A stretch of DNA of 64,000 nt from Clostridia bacterium (GTDB taxonomy: Bacteria; Bacillota; Clostridia; Christensenellales; CAG-138): contig JAFZYC010000076.1 of assembly GCA_017616435.1 (NCBI GenBank), positions 16,241 through 80,240 of the forward strand, written 5' to 3'. The position numbers and the translations under genes were made by a program. Every line of letters begins with the position of its first letter. Positions within the stretch are counted from its first letter, which is position 1. Of the stretch, positions 48,468 through 58,073 are shown in pieces. Below the pieces are notes generated by a model that saw only the letters and a program-made list of their open reading frames with translations, was not told the origin of the DNA and did not search any database.

Positions 48468-49844
48468 ATGGATAACAAAAAACTTATCGAACTCAAGAAC
48501 ATCACCAAGGATTACGACGGGGATCTCGCTCTCGATAACGTGAGCCTCTATATCAGAGACGGCGAGTTCCTTACATTGCTCGGGCCTTCCGGCTGCGGCA
48601 AGACCACGCTTCTGAGGATCATCGCGGGCTTTATCACTCCCACCTCCGGCGAGGTCATAATCGACGGCGCCGATATGAAGGGCATACCTCCCTATAAGAG
48701 GCAGGTCAACACCGTATTCCAGAAATACGCGCTGTTTCCCCATCTCAACGTATTCGAAAACATCGCCTTCGGCCTCAAGATAAAGAAGACCCCGAAGGCT
48801 CAGATAGAGGAAAAGGTCAACGCCATGCTAAAGCTCGTCAATCTCGAGGGCTATGGCAAGCGCTATATCGATCAGCTCTCCGGCGGTCAGCAGCAGAGGA
48901 TCGCGATAGCACGCGCTCTCGTCAACGAGCCGAAGGTGCTCCTGCTGGACGAGCCTTTGGGCGCGCTCGACCTCAAGCTCCGCAAGGAGATGCAGATAGA
49001 ATTGAAGCGCATGCAGCAGCAGCTCGGCATAACCTTCATTTTTGTCACCCACGATCAGGAAGAGGCGCTGACGATGTCAGATACGATCGTCGTCATGAAG
49101 GACGGCGTCATACAGCAGATCGGGCGCCCCACCGATATCTACAACGAGCCGAAGAACCCCTTCGTCGCCGACTTCATCGGCGAGAGCAACATCGTCCCCG
49201 GCGTCATGCTCGATGACTACAAGGTCCGCATGAAGGGCATGACTTTCCCCTGCGTGGACGCGGGTTTCGGCAAGAACGTGGAGGTCGACGTGGTTATCCG
49301 CCCGGAGGATATCGATATAGTAGAGCCCGAAAAGGCGCGCATCTCCGGCAAGGTCGTTTCCGTCGTGTTCATGGGCGTCCATTATGAGGTGGACGTCGAC
49401 TGCGGCGGCTACGAATGGGTCGTGCATACGACGGACGCCGCTGAGGTCGGCCAGCAGGTCGGCATCTCTATACCGCCCGACGCAATACATATCATGAAGA
49501 AGACCCGCGCGACGAACCTCTTCGACGCGGAGGTATGGCCCAGCGAGGGTATGATCTATATCGACGACATCGGCTTTGAGGCGAACGGCCTTGACGAATA
49601 TGAAAACAAGGAGATCGCCCTTGTCGAGATCGCTCCCGAAAAGGTCGGGATCGTCGCCCCGCAGGACGCCAAGCTCACCGGAACTATCAAGGCCTGCATG
49701 TTCCTCGGCACGCATTATGAGATCACGATCTCCTGTGAGGAGAACGACTGGATCGCTCACTCCGACGAGTTCATGGAGGATGGCGAGGAGGTCGGCATAA
49801 TCGTCGCTCCCGAGGATCTGCAGCTTACCGACAAGAAGGAGTGA
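48468..49844 (+). CDS. potA: Spermidine/putrescine ABC transporter ATP-binding protein with duplicated C-terminal TOBE-like domain
   Basis: Walker [10 protein letters not shown], signature [10 protein letters not shown], Walker B LLLDEPL. Two C-terminal regulatory repeats: [17 protein letters not shown].. and [17 protein letters not shown].. Confidence 0.9.
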   Translation: MDNKKLIELKNITKDYDGDLALDNVSLYIRDGEFLTLLGPSGCGKTTLLRIIAGFITPTSGEVIIDGADMKGIPPYKRQVNTVFQKYALFPHLNVFENIAFGLKIKKTPKAQIEEKVNAMLKLVNLEGYGKRYIDQLSGGQQQRIAIARALVNEPKVLLLDEPLGALDLKLRKEMQIELKRMQQQLGITFIFVTHDQEEALTMSDTIVVMKDGVIQQIGRPTDIYNEPKNPFVADFIGESNIVPGVMLDDYKVRMKGMTFPCVDAGFGKNVEVDVVIRPEDIDIVEPEKARISGKVVSVVFMGVHYEVDVDCGGYEWVVHTTDAAEVGQQVGISIPPDAIHIMKKTRATNLFDAEVWPSEGMIYIDDIGFEANGLDEYENKEIALVEIAPEKVGIVAPQDAKLTGTIKACMFLGTHYEITISCEENDWIAHSDEFMEDGEEVGIIVAPEDLQLTDKKE

Positions 49845-49848
49845 CGCG

Positions 49849-50646
49849 ATGAAACGCAGGGTATTCGCATATCCGTACATAGTGTGGATGATACTGTTCA
49901 TCGTAATACCGATGTTCTTCATCCTCTACTATGCCGTTAACGTTAACGGGGTGTTCACTCTAACAAAGTTCTGGAACACCTTGAAGGACGGTACGAAGTG
50001 GAGCGTGCTCTGGGAGAGCGTCTGGATGGCGTTCAAGACCACCGTGCTGTGCCTCCTCTTGGGTTACCCCATCGCGTACATTCTCTCCAACATGAAAAAG
50101 TCCGTCGCGGGGTTCATATCGGTGCTGTTCTTCGTGCCCATGTGGATGAACTTCGTGTTGAGGACCTACGCCTGGCACGCGATACTCGAGTACGCTTTCC
50201 CCGGCCTCGGGAAGTTCCTGGGGCTTGAGGGCTCGGTGCTCATGGTACTCGTCTACGACTTCCTTCCGTTCATGATACTGCCGCTTTACAACACGCTCTC
50301 GAAGCTCGACAAATCGCTTATCGAGGCTTCGAGGGACCTCGGCGCGAACGCGGTAAAGACGTTCTTCCGCGTAATACTGCCGCTGTCCGTTCCGGGTATC
50401 GTATCGGGTATAACGATGGTATTCATCCCCGCGATCACGGCGTTCACGGTTCCCGCGCTAATCGGAAACGGCAAGTATCACCTCTACGGCAACGAGATCG
50501 AGCTCGCCTTCAAGACCCTTTCGGGCCAGGGCGATTATGCCGTCGGCAGCACGCTTTCGATAATCTTGCTGATATCGGTCCTTGTCTCCACCCTGATCAT
50601 GAATCACTTTGACAAGGATCAGCAGACAGGAGGGCAGATGTGGTGA
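49849..50646 (+). CDS. potB: Spermidine/putrescine ABC transporter permease
   Basis: 6-TM permease with the EAA-type loop (LIEASRDLGANAVKTFFRVILP). Confidence 0.85.
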   Translation: MKRRVFAYPYIVWMILFIVIPMFFILYYAVNVNGVFTLTKFWNTLKDGTKWSVLWESVWMAFKTTVLCLLLGYPIAYILSNMKKSVAGFISVLFFVPMWMNFVLRTYAWHAILEYAFPGLGKFLGLEGSVLMVLVYDFLPFMILPLYNTLSKLDKSLIEASRDLGANAVKTFFRVILPLSVPGIVSGITMVFIPAITAFTVPALIGNGKYHLYGNEIELAFKTLSGQGDYAVGSTLSIILLISVLVSTLIMNHFDKDQQTGGQMW

Positions 50647-51521
50647 AAAAGGCAGCCAGATCATTAAAATACGTCTATCTCGCGCTGATGCTCTTCTTCC
50701 TGTACATACCGATCATCTACCTGATCGTGTTCTCCTTCAACAACTTCGGTACCGGAAGGCGCGTCTCGTACACGAATATCGGCGCGTGGAAGGGCTTTAC
50801 GCTAAACAACTACGCCCACCTCTTTACGGGTGAAGCAGGCAGCGCGCTGCTGCTCACGCTGGAGATAGCGGGCATTTCTTCGGTGCTTGCGACCGTCATC
50901 GGAACAGCCGCTGCGATCGGCATCAATTCCATGAAGAAGCGCTCGAGGACCGTAATCCTCAACGTTTCCCAGCTCCCGATGGTCAACCCCGATCTTGTCA
51001 CCGGTATCACGTTCATGATGCTTTTCGCCTTCGTGAACTCGCTCCTCGTGAAGCTCGGGCTCAATCAGGTGGGGGACGTCGTTAAGCTCCTCATAGCGCA
51101 TATCTCGTTCAGCATACCCTACGTGATATTCTCCGTTATGCCAAGGCTCCGCCAAAGCTCCGGCCTGCTCTACGAGGCGGCTATGGACCTCGGCTGCTCG
51201 CCCATGAAGGCGCTTTGGAAGGTCGTCATCCCCGACATCATGCCGGGTATCACATCGGGCTTCATAATGGCCCTTACAATGTCGCTTGACGATTTCGTCG
51301 TCAGTTACTTCGTATCCGATCTCAAGAGCGTGCTCTCCGTCTACATCTACTCCTCCGCAAGGGGTACAAAGGGCGTAAATCCCGCGCTCGCGACGGTCAT
51401 ATTCATTCCGCTCGTAACGCTCCTGCTCGTTGTGAACCTCCGCAGGCTCGCCAAGGAGCGCGAATACGAGATCCAGAATAAAAAAGTCAAACTCAAGGAC
51501 AAGGGAGGAAATATCAAATGA
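50640..51521 (+). CDS. potC: Spermidine/putrescine ABC transporter permease
   Basis: Permease with the EAA loop (LYEAAMDLGCSPMKALWKVVIP). The GTG start overlaps the potB stop. Confidence 0.85.
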   Translation: MVKKAARSLKYVYLALMLFFLYIPIIYLIVFSFNNFGTGRRVSYTNIGAWKGFTLNNYAHLFTGEAGSALLLTLEIAGISSVLATVIGTAAAIGINSMKKRSRTVILNVSQLPMVNPDLVTGITFMMLFAFVNSLLVKLGLNQVGDVVKLLIAHISFSIPYVIFSVMPRLRQSSGLLYEAAMDLGCSPMKALWKVVIPDIMPGITSGFIMALTMSLDDFVVSYFVSDLKSVLSVYIYSSARGTKGVNPALATVIFIPLVTLLLVVNLRRLAKEREYEIQNKKVKLKDKGGNIK

Positions 51522-52609
51522 AAAAGATCTTTGCATTGGTTCTCTGCGCGGCTATGCTCGTTTTCTTCGCTGCCTGCAAGGGCGGGGAAGAGGAAGCCGA
51601 TTACAGCTTTGCCGACGGCGACCAGTATGAGTACATCGGCGGCGTTCTCAACATCCTCAACTGGGGCGAATACATCGACCCGGAGCTCATTGCCATATTT
51701 GAAGAGGAGACCGGAGTCAAGATCAATTATATGGAGATGACCTCCAACGAGGAGATGCTCATAAAGCTCCGTTCCGCAGACTGCATCTATGATATGTGCT
51801 TCCCCTCCGATTACATAATCGAGCAGCTCATCGCAGACGATATGCTGCTGCCCCTCGATATGAGCAAGATCCCCAACGCGAAGAACATCGCTCCCCGACT
51901 TCTGGAGAAGACGAACATCTTCGATCCGAGCAACAAATACTCCCTGCCTTACATGTGGGGCACGGTAGGCATACTCTACAACACCACGATGGTCGACGAG
52001 GAGGTCGACTCCTGGGATATCCTCTGGAACGAGAAGTACGCCGGTCAGATCTGGATGTACGATTCCGTACGCGATTCCATCGCCGTTTCGCTTTTAAGGC
52101 TCGGCTATGACATCAACACCAGGAACGCAGACGAGGTCAATCAGGCCAAGGAAGAGCTCATTAAGCAGAAGCCCCTCATCAAGGGCCTCAGCACCGATGA
52201 TATCCGTACTTCCATGAAGAACAACATGGCCGCGCTCGCGGTAATCTACTCCGGCGACGCGTTCGACGCATCCCTCGAAAACGGGGATCTTGCGTACGTA
52301 GTGCCCAAGGAGGGCTCCAACGTCTGGTTCGATAACGTGGTCATCCCGAAGACCGCAAAGAATGTCGAAGCCGCTCTCGCGTTCATCAACTTCATCAACG
52401 ACGCCAATCTTGCGGCCCGCAACACCGAGTACATCTATTATTCCACCCCCAACCAGGGCGCGCTCGATCTGCTCGACGACGATTTCAAGAACAACGAGAT
52501 CTACAATCCCTCCGATGAGATCCTTTCCCGCTGCACCGTGTTCCACGATCTCGGCGATTTCGTTGAGGTCTTCAACGCCGCTTGGGCGGAGTATCACGCC
52601 GCAAAGTGA
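51518..52609 (+). CDS. potD: Spermidine/putrescine ABC transporter substrate-binding lipoprotein
   Basis: Lipobox VFFAAC. PotD-like SBP sequence (LNILNWGEYIDPE.., YSLPYMWGTVGILYN). ATGA overlap with potC. Confidence 0.85.
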   Translation: MKKIFALVLCAAMLVFFAACKGGEEEADYSFADGDQYEYIGGVLNILNWGEYIDPELIAIFEEETGVKINYMEMTSNEEMLIKLRSADCIYDMCFPSDYIIEQLIADDMLLPLDMSKIPNAKNIAPRLLEKTNIFDPSNKYSLPYMWGTVGILYNTTMVDEEVDSWDILWNEKYAGQIWMYDSVRDSIAVSLLRLGYDINTRNADEVNQAKEELIKQKPLIKGLSTDDIRTSMKNNMAALAVIYSGDAFDASLENGDLAYVVPKEGSNVWFDNVVIPKTAKNVEAALAFINFINDANLAARNTEYIYYSTPNQGALDLLDDDFKNNEIYNPSDEILSRCTVFHDLGDFVEVFNAAWAEYHAAK

Positions 52610-52629
52610 TAAAGATACAGTAAAGCTCT

Positions 52630-52660
52630 GCGCTCCGGAAAACCGGAGCGCTTTTTATTT
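52630..52660 (+). terminator. Rho-independent terminator after potD
   Basis: GCGCTCCGG (52630-52638), loop AAAA, CCGGAGCGC (52643-52651), then TTTTTATTT. Confidence 0.8.
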
Positions 52661-52687
52661 GCATAACGGGCCAAACTCTGTTATAAT
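52659..52687 (+). promoter_or_regulatory. Candidate sigma-A promoter (TTGCAT-17-TATAAT) for ddl-murF
   Basis: TTGCAT at 52659-52664, 17-nt spacer, TATAAT at 52682-52687. Confidence 0.5.
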
Positions 52688-52725
52688 TATAATGGTTGAA
52701 TATGTGGAAAGGTTGGTAAAGCCTA

Positions 52726-53769
52726 ATGAAAATAGTCGTTATATGCGGAGGCGTCAGCCCGGAGAGGGACGTATCCTTATCGACCGGAGCGCAGGTCGCC
52801 AAAGCTCTCTGCAAAAAGGGACACACTGTCGCTTTCGTCGATTCGGCGTCGGATATCGATTACGTCTCGGATGATCTCTTTAAAAGCGATTTGAGCGGTT
52901 TAAACGCGTCCATCGGAGATACCGCGCCGGATATCGGGGCGCTCCTTAGCCGCGGAGAATACTTCGGCAGGAACGTTCTCAACGTGTGCCGCATGGCCGA
53001 TATCGTATTCAACGCGATGCACGGCGGCGCGGGGGAGGACGGCAGCCTTCAGGCGGCGTTCGACCTGCTTGGCATCAAATATACGGGCTCCGGCCATAAG
53101 GGCTGCGCTGTCTCGATGGACAAGGTCATAACGAAGCGCATAATGGCGCCCGTCAAGGGCGTCACGATGCCGCGGGGCGTATCGCTGAACAGGGGCGATT
53201 TCGACGGAAACGAGCGATCCTATGCCGCGGAAGTGCTGAATAGCGTCGGCCTGCCAATGGTGATCAAGCCCGCGGGCGGCGGTTCGTCCGTCGGCGTCAC
53301 GATCGTCCGTGAGGAAGGCGAGCTCCTCCCCGCGATAGAGCTCGCGCTTTCGTACGAGACAAAAGCCGTCGCAGAAGAGTACATAAAGGGGCGCGAGTTT
53401 TCCGTCGGCGTGCTCGGCGGGCGCGCGCTTCCGCCTATCGAAATAAAGCCCAAAAGCGGCTTTTATGATTACAAAAACAAGTATCAGTCCGGCATGACGG
53501 AGGAGATTTGCCCCGCCGACATCCCCGAGAGCATTTCGGAGGAGATGAAGGCTGCGGCGGTGAAAGTGCATGAGGAGCTCGGGCTTTCCGCCTATTCCCG
53601 CACCGATTTCATACTCGCGGATAAAGGCGGTGTGTACGCGCTCGAGGCGAACACTCTTCCCGGGATGACCGCGATGAGCCTGCTCCCGCAGGAAGCGGCC
53701 GCAGTCGGGATCGATTTCCCCGAGCTCTGCCAGATAATAGTCAACGAAAGCCTGAATAAATATGATTAA
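52726..53769 (+). CDS. ddl: D-alanine--D-alanine ligase
   Basis: MKIVVICGGVSPERDVSLSTG.. and an ATP-grasp core (FSVGVLGG.., ALEANTLPGMT). Confidence 0.9.
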   Translation: MKIVVICGGVSPERDVSLSTGAQVAKALCKKGHTVAFVDSASDIDYVSDDLFKSDLSGLNASIGDTAPDIGALLSRGEYFGRNVLNVCRMADIVFNAMHGGAGEDGSLQAAFDLLGIKYTGSGHKGCAVSMDKVITKRIMAPVKGVTMPRGVSLNRGDFDGNERSYAAEVLNSVGLPMVIKPAGGGSSVGVTIVREEGELLPAIELALSYETKAVAEEYIKGREFSVGVLGGRALPPIEIKPKSGFYDYKNKYQSGMTEEICPADIPESISEEMKAAAVKVHEELGLSAYSRTDFILADKGGVYALEANTLPGMTAMSLLPQEAAAVGIDFPELCQIIVNESLNKYD

Positions 53770-55123
53770 ACTCACATTAAAGGAAATAGCCGAAGCCGTG
53801 GGCGGAAGGATAAAGGGAGAGCTCCCGGATTCCTTTGCCGCCTCGATAGTTACCGACAGCCGAAAGGCGGAGCCGGGCTCCGTTTTCATTGCGCTCACGG
53901 GTCAAAAGGTCGACGGACACAGTTTTATTAAGGGACTTGAAAGCATCATCTCCTGCGCGATAGTCGAGCGCGAGGTCGAAGCCGACGTCCCGCAGATCGT
54001 GGTCTGGTCCACGTTCAAGGCGGTCGGCGCTCTCGGCTCTTATATAAGGATGAAGAGCGGCGTCACCGTCATAGGCGTTACCGGCTCCGTCGGAAAGACG
54101 AGCGTAAAGGAGCTCACAGCCTCCGTCGTTTCCCAGGGCTTCAACGTGCTGAAAACGGAAAAGAACCACAATAACGAGCTCGGCCTTCCATTGACCCTGT
54201 TCAGGCTCGAGGAGGATAACTCCGCCGCCGTACTCGAGATGGGCATAAGCTTCTTCGGCGAGATGACAAGGCTTTCTGCGATCGCAAGGCCTGATATCGC
54301 GATATTCACCAATATCGAAAACGTCCATACGGAAAACCTTATCGACCGCGACGGCGTGCTCCGCGCAAAGACGGAGCTCGTTCCCAACATGCGTGAGGAC
54401 CACGATCCGGTGCTCATTTTGAATGCGGAGGACGATAAGCTCGCGGGCTATCAGGTGCCCGAAAACCGCCGCGCAGTCTATTACGGCTTCAATGAAAACT
54501 GCTTTGCCCGCGCTGAAAACATAGTGCCTCACGGCATGGAGAGCACAGAGTTCACGCTTATCATGGGCGAAGAGAAGATTGACGTCGAGCTGCCCGCCTC
54601 CGGAAGGCACATGGTAATGAACAGCCTCGCGGCGGCCGCCGCCGGGCATGAGATGGGGCTCACTCTGCAGGAGATAAAGCGCGGTCTTGAGGCATACGTA
54701 CCCGTCGATGGGCGCATGAGCCGCATACCTTATAAAGGCGCGACAATTATCAACGATTGCTACAACGCGAGCCCCGCATCCATGAAGGCCAGCCTCGGAG
54801 TGCTCGCTAAAGCGGAGGGCAGGAAGCTCGCGCTCCTCGGCGATATGCTTGAGCTCGGCGACCGCTCAAATGAACTGCATGAGGAAGTCGGCAGATTTGC
54901 GGCGTCGATCGGCCTCGATATGCTTGTCATCGTCGGCTCGAGCGCAAGGCTCATTTCCGCCGCCGCAAAGACCTTAGGGCTTGAAAACGCATTCCACGCC
55001 GACCGCGATGAAGCTGCCGAGCTTTTAAAAAACGAGCTCAGAGCGGGCGATACTCTGCTCGTAAAGGCTTCAAGGGGCATGGCTCTTGAAAAGATGATCG
55101 CAAAGATCACAGAGGAACAATAA
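53762..55123 (+). CDS. murF: UDP-N-acetylmuramoyl-tripeptide--D-alanyl-D-alanine ligase
   Basis: Mur ligase P-loop GVTGSVGKTS and DCYNASPASM. Overlaps the ddl stop by 8 nt. Confidence 0.9.
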   Translation: MIKLTLKEIAEAVGGRIKGELPDSFAASIVTDSRKAEPGSVFIALTGQKVDGHSFIKGLESIISCAIVEREVEADVPQIVVWSTFKAVGALGSYIRMKSGVTVIGVTGSVGKTSVKELTASVVSQGFNVLKTEKNHNNELGLPLTLFRLEEDNSAAVLEMGISFFGEMTRLSAIARPDIAIFTNIENVHTENLIDRDGVLRAKTELVPNMREDHDPVLILNAEDDKLAGYQVPENRRAVYYGFNENCFARAENIVPHGMESTEFTLIMGEEKIDVELPASGRHMVMNSLAAAAAGHEMGLTLQEIKRGLEAYVPVDGRMSRIPYKGATIINDCYNASPASMKASLGVLAKAEGRKLALLGDMLELGDRSNELHEEVGRFAASIGLDMLVIVGSSARLISAAAKTLGLENAFHADRDEAAELLKNELRAGDTLLVKASRGMALEKMIAKITEEQ

Positions 55124-55128
55124 GCGAG

Positions 55129-56265
55129 ATGAAAAAACTGTTCGATCCCGATAAAACATACGCGATCGCTCTTGGCGGAGGCGGAGCGAAGGGCGGCTAT
55201 GAGATAGGCGTCTGGCGCTCCCTCGAAGAGGAGGGCATGAAGTACAGCGCCGTCAGCGGCACTTCCGTAGGCGCGCTCAACGGCGCAATGATGGCCATGC
55301 GCGATCTCGAACGGGGCGAGGATCTGTGGCGCAACATCCGCTATTCGCAGGTCATGGACGTCGACGACGGCGCAATGGGCAAGGTTTTCGGCGGAGACGT
55401 CAAGGCGAAGGATCTGGGCTCGCTATTTAAGCGCGCTATCGAGATCTTAAAGGGCGGCGGATTTGACGTTACCCCCCTTCGCAATCTTCTCGGCGAGTAT
55501 GTCGATCCCAAAAAGATAAAGCAGTCCGACGTCGATTTCTTCATTGTCACATATTCGCTGACCGACAAAAAGGAGCTCGACGTGATCGTCAAGTCGCTGC
55601 CGGAGGACGAGATATGCGATATGCTCCTTGCGAGCGCGTATTTTCCCGCTTTCAAGAACGAACCGCTCGCCGGCGGCAAACGCTTTACCGACGGCGGCGT
55701 TTCGGACAGTCTCCCGATCACCCCGCTCATTGACCGCGGCTTTAGGAACATAATCGCCGTCCGGCTCACGGGCGGCTTCGGCAGGGAAAAGAAGATCCGC
55801 GTGCCGAAGGGCTTCACCGTGGACTATATCGAGCCCAAGCGCAAGCTCGGGAACACGCTCAATTTCTCTCCGGAGCAGGCCGCATACAACATCGAGCTCG
55901 GGTATTACGACGCCAAGCGCTACGCGTACGGGCTTTACGGCAATTACTACTACCTTGAGCGCACCATGACGGAGAAGCAGGCCTATTTGGAGCTCATGGA
56001 TATAATCAACGCTTATCCCGCAGATCCCGGTACGGAGATATCGCTGAGGACGATACATGAGTCCGTTATCCCGAAGCTCGCAAAGGACAGCGGCGCCGAA
56101 GGCGATTATTACGACGTGCTTATAAGCTATCTCGAATACGCGGGGGAGGCTCTCGGCATCCCCGAGTTCCGCGTCATCCCCGATACGTTGCTCCTTAACG
56201 AGGTCCGCGAAAGACAGACGCCGCAGGACAAGCTCCTTTCAAGGGCTTTCCAGCGCCTCAAATGA
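55129..56265 (+). CDS. Patatin-like phospholipase family protein
   Basis: Oxyanion GGGGAKG, nucleophile elbow GTSVG, catalytic Asp in TDGG. 378 aa with an about 170-aa C-terminal extension. Confidence 0.85.
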   Translation: MKKLFDPDKTYAIALGGGGAKGGYEIGVWRSLEEEGMKYSAVSGTSVGALNGAMMAMRDLERGEDLWRNIRYSQVMDVDDGAMGKVFGGDVKAKDLGSLFKRAIEILKGGGFDVTPLRNLLGEYVDPKKIKQSDVDFFIVTYSLTDKKELDVIVKSLPEDEICDMLLASAYFPAFKNEPLAGGKRFTDGGVSDSLPITPLIDRGFRNIIAVRLTGGFGREKKIRVPKGFTVDYIEPKRKLGNTLNFSPEQAAYNIELGYYDAKRYAYGLYGNYYYLERTMTEKQAYLELMDIINAYPADPGTEISLRTIHESVIPKLAKDSGAEGDYYDVLISYLEYAGEALGIPEFRVIPDTLLLNEVRERQTPQDKLLSRAFQRLK

Positions 56266-56266
56266 T

Positions 56267-56821
56267 ATGGATATCAATATCACGACATTGAAAAAAGAGG
56301 TCCCGCTGGGCGAATACATAAGGGATTTTGTCGACGTCCCGCGCTTTCTCGCATGCTGCGCTGAATGCAGGGGTTATGGCAGGACATGGGCATGCCCGCC
56401 CTATGATATGGATCCCAACGATATCTGGGCGGAGTATGACAGCATACTTCTGTATGCCAAAAAGGTCGAGATCCGCGGCCGTGACGAGTGCCCCGCGCTT
56501 TCACCCGCGGAGCTCGCGGATGCGTATAACTCGATACTTGCCCCCGTCAAGGCGGAGCTCATGGAGGAGCTGTACGAGCTTGAAATGAGCACCCCTAAGA
56601 GCCTTGCCCTTTCCGCCGGCGGATGCGACATCTGCGATGAATGTACACGTCAAAGCGGCCTTCCCTGCAGACGCCCCGATAAGATGCGCTATTCCGTGGA
56701 GTCGATAGGCGGCGATGTGCTCAAGACACTCACAGATATCTTCGGCGAGAGCGTGCTGTGGGCCGAGAACGGAAGGCTGCCGGAGCATTTCATATTGCTC
56801 GGCGGTCTCCTGAAAAAATAA
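56267..56821 (+). CDS. DUF2284-type Cys-rich predicted metal-binding protein
   Basis: CCAECRGYGRTWACPP and GGCDICDECTRQSGLPC clusters. The ATG lies 1 nt after the patatin gene stop. Confidence 0.65.
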   Translation: MDINITTLKKEVPLGEYIRDFVDVPRFLACCAECRGYGRTWACPPYDMDPNDIWAEYDSILLYAKKVEIRGRDECPALSPAELADAYNSILAPVKAELMEELYELEMSTPKSLALSAGGCDICDECTRQSGLPCRRPDKMRYSVESIGGDVLKTLTDIFGESVLWAENGRLPEHFILLGGLLKK

Positions 56822-56959
56822 GACCGATAATTACGGGGGCTTTTCAGCTTGAGCTGAGGCCTCCCGATCTTTATGAAAAAAAGATAAGGAATCGCGCCGC
56901 TTCATCCGTATAATAGGTGAAGGGAGCGGACGCGGTCCCTTTGAACTAAGGAGGATCCT

Positions 56960-57511
56960 ATGGATAACGGCGCAAGTAGCTACCGCCGTTTCCTCGATGG
57001 TGACGAGAACGCAGCAGGGGAGATAATGCAGGAGCTGTTTTTCAGCCTCGTATTCTTTGTCGACCGCTATGTGCGCGACGTCCATACCGCGGAGGATATC
57101 GCGATGGACGTCATGAGCGATCTCTTCGTCCACAGACACCGGTACAACTTCAAGACCTCGCTGAAAACATATCTGTTCATGCGGGGCAAGAGCCGCGCGA
57201 TCGACTTTTTAAGGCACAGAAAGGCGATCGAGATGACGGAGCTTACGGAGGCCGAAGCCGCGGAGGACGGGGATATCGAATCGAAGGTGATAGAGGATGA
57301 GCGTAAAAGGGCGCTTAGCGCCGCGCTCGGACGGCTGCCGGAGGATATGCGCGCGGCGGTGCATCTGGTCTTTTTCGAAGAGATGACCTATGATGAAGCG
57401 GCAAGGGTAATGGGGAAGAACAGGAAGCAGATAGACAATCTTCTCTACCGCGCAAAGAAGGAACTTCGCATCATGCTTGGAAAGGAGGTGAGCGGCGATG
57501 AAGAGTATTGA
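56960..57511 (+). CDS. ECF-subfamily sigma-70 factor
   Basis: Region 2 (AEDIAMDVMSDLFVHRHRY..LKTYLFMRGKSRAIDFLR) and region 4 HTH (MTYDEAARVMGKNRKQIDNLLYRAKKELR). AGGAGG SD. Confidence 0.85.
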   Translation: MDNGASSYRRFLDGDENAAGEIMQELFFSLVFFVDRYVRDVHTAEDIAMDVMSDLFVHRHRYNFKTSLKTYLFMRGKSRAIDFLRHRKAIEMTELTEAEAAEDGDIESKVIEDERKRALSAALGRLPEDMRAAVHLVFFEEMTYDEAARVMGKNRKQIDNLLYRAKKELRIMLGKEVSGDEEY

Positions 57512-58058
57512 GGAATACACCGCGGAGGTGCTCCGCAGGGCGGAGGAAAAAAAGACAAAGATCAAAGCCCGCCGCAGGCGCGCCTTGGAGCTGACGAGCG
57601 CATTCGCTCTTGTGCTTTTCGTCGGCGCATTCACTATCCTTCCCATGTTCAGGGATGTTAAGGACGGAAGCAGTTCAGAGCTCGAAGCCGCGACCCCTCA
57701 GCATGGTGCCCAAACAGGCGCTAAGCCTGAAAACTGCGAGGTCTTCGCCATGCTTTCCGGTATCGGCGGCACGGTAAAGGTCGTAGGAAAGGATAAGGTC
57801 CGCGAGGTCACTGCGCTTATCGATTCCGTAAAGACAGAGGAATCGGATGAGGATACAGAAGAGCATGGCGTGACCGACGCTGTCGACGGATCATCCTACA
57901 TAGTCCGTATCGTTTCCGGGTCCGGGGAGGTCATTGAATACGAGCTTACGGATACCTGCGTGACAGAGCTTTCCAGCGGGAAAACGTATCCGATCGAAAG
58001 GGAAACGCTCGAAGCGATACTTTCGGCCTTCGGGATCGAAGATACCGATACTAATTGA
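57498..58058 (+). CDS. Single-pass membrane protein co-transcribed with the ECF sigma (possible anti-sigma factor; no ZAS motif)
   Basis: Overlaps the sigma gene stop by 14 nt. About 30-aa charged cytoplasmic N-terminus, TM LTSAFALVLFVGAFTILPMF, and an about 130-aa acidic extracytoplasmic domain. Confidence 0.4.
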   Translation: MKSIEEYTAEVLRRAEEKKTKIKARRRRALELTSAFALVLFVGAFTILPMFRDVKDGSSSELEAATPQHGAQTGAKPENCEVFAMLSGIGGTVKVVGKDKVREVTALIDSVKTEESDEDTEEHGVTDAVDGSSYIVRIVSGSGEVIEYELTDTCVTELSSGKTYPIERETLEAILSAFGIEDTDTN

Positions 58059-58073
58059 TTCAAGAGGTGTAAC

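Noticed and set aside
55129-56265. Patatin-like phospholipase as a CBASS (CapV-type) or other defence effector
   Set aside because: There is no CD-NTase/cyclase, no SMODS, and no other defence-associated gene nearby. The gene is embedded after murF in a housekeeping operon.
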